Part shown: positions 23,758-24,000 of the stretch, one piece after another
Position numbering within the stretch: position 1 is the first letter of the stretch
How the letters are laid out: each line of letters begins with the position of its first letter
Sequence record: MN504636.1
DNA: 24,000 nt
Reading direction: 5' to 3' (one strand)
Source: Pseudomonas phage Quinobequin-P09
Notes under the pieces: model-generated
Databases searched by the model: none
What the model saw: the letters and a program-made list of their open reading frames with translations, nothing else
What the model was told of the DNA's origin: nothing
Program-made: the position numbers and the translations under genes

Positions 23758-24000
23758 TTGACTTCTCCAAGGTTGCCAGACGGTTACGCGCGCGAGCATC
23801 GTTGTCCGCCAGCACCTTGTAATCGGTCAGCAGGCCCGTGAGGGCCTGTGCATCCTGGAGACGAAGTTCTTTCAGCTCGCCGATGGTCGCTTCCTGTTGC
23901 TGATTGACCGATTCCACTGCGCCCAGACGCTGCTGAACGGTTTGAAGCTCGTTCTGTGTGGTTAGCAGCGATTTCTCCGTGCGTTCCTTGGATAACCACA
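23570..24000 (-). CDS. Rz-like inner-membrane spanin, 5' end beyond window
   Basis: The reading frame stays open to the window edge (...WLSKERTEKSLLTTQNELQTVQQRLGAVESVNQQQEATIGELKELRLQDAQALTGLLTDYKVLADNDARARNRLATLEKSNETVRNYLNQRIPPDLACLLNN), with a coiled-coil-like body and P..L.....N.-type C-terminus. The GTG at 23917 in the track is probably not the true start. Confidence 0.78.
   Translation of the reverse strand, partial: WLSKERTEKSLLTTQNELQTVQQRLGAVESVNQQQEATIGELKELRLQDAQALTGLLTDYKVLADNDARARNRLATLEKSNETVRNYLNQRIPPDLACLLNNTCDTGNSGSDKGGTGSTSRGAGAAVPAGSGSSAGSDKRPH

Noticed and set aside
1-24000. CRISPR array, tRNA, integrase, toxin-antitoxin or anti-phage defence system
   Set aside because: No regularly spaced repeats were noticed and no such protein families were recognised; nearly all sequence is accounted for by packed virion genes on the minus strand.

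Overview
This window is almost entirely the virion-structure and packaging module of a tailed phage or prophage with a long non-contractile-type tail. Every well-supported gene is on the minus strand, so the biological order runs from high to low coordinates: Rz/Rz1 spanins, small terminase, large terminase, portal, Mu F-like head morphogenesis, scaffold-like head protein, major capsid protein, putative decoration protein, several head/connector proteins, tail terminator-like, major tail protein, G/GT tail-assembly chaperones with a programmed -1 frameshift, HK97 gp10-like protein, tape measure, two related tail proteins, a large tail protein, DUF2163/BR0599-like protein, two small tail-tip proteins, gpJ-like tip protein and a DUF2793-like protein. 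The best regulatory signal is a canonical A_AAA_AAC slippery site followed at 8 nt by a 9-bp stem-loop. The most unexpected pattern is six apparent single-base frame breaks in five structural genes. Each is repaired by adding or removing one base in a short run, which suggests residual sequencing or assembly indels rather than biology. The major capsid gene is flanked by RNA structures: an inverted-repeat leader, a GCAA-loop hairpin just downstream, and a strong terminator after the next gene. I see no defence system, CRISPR array, tRNA, integrase or clearly new enzymatic system. The long plus-strand ORFs look like antisense shadows. Family assignments come from remembered motifs and gene order; no database search was run.
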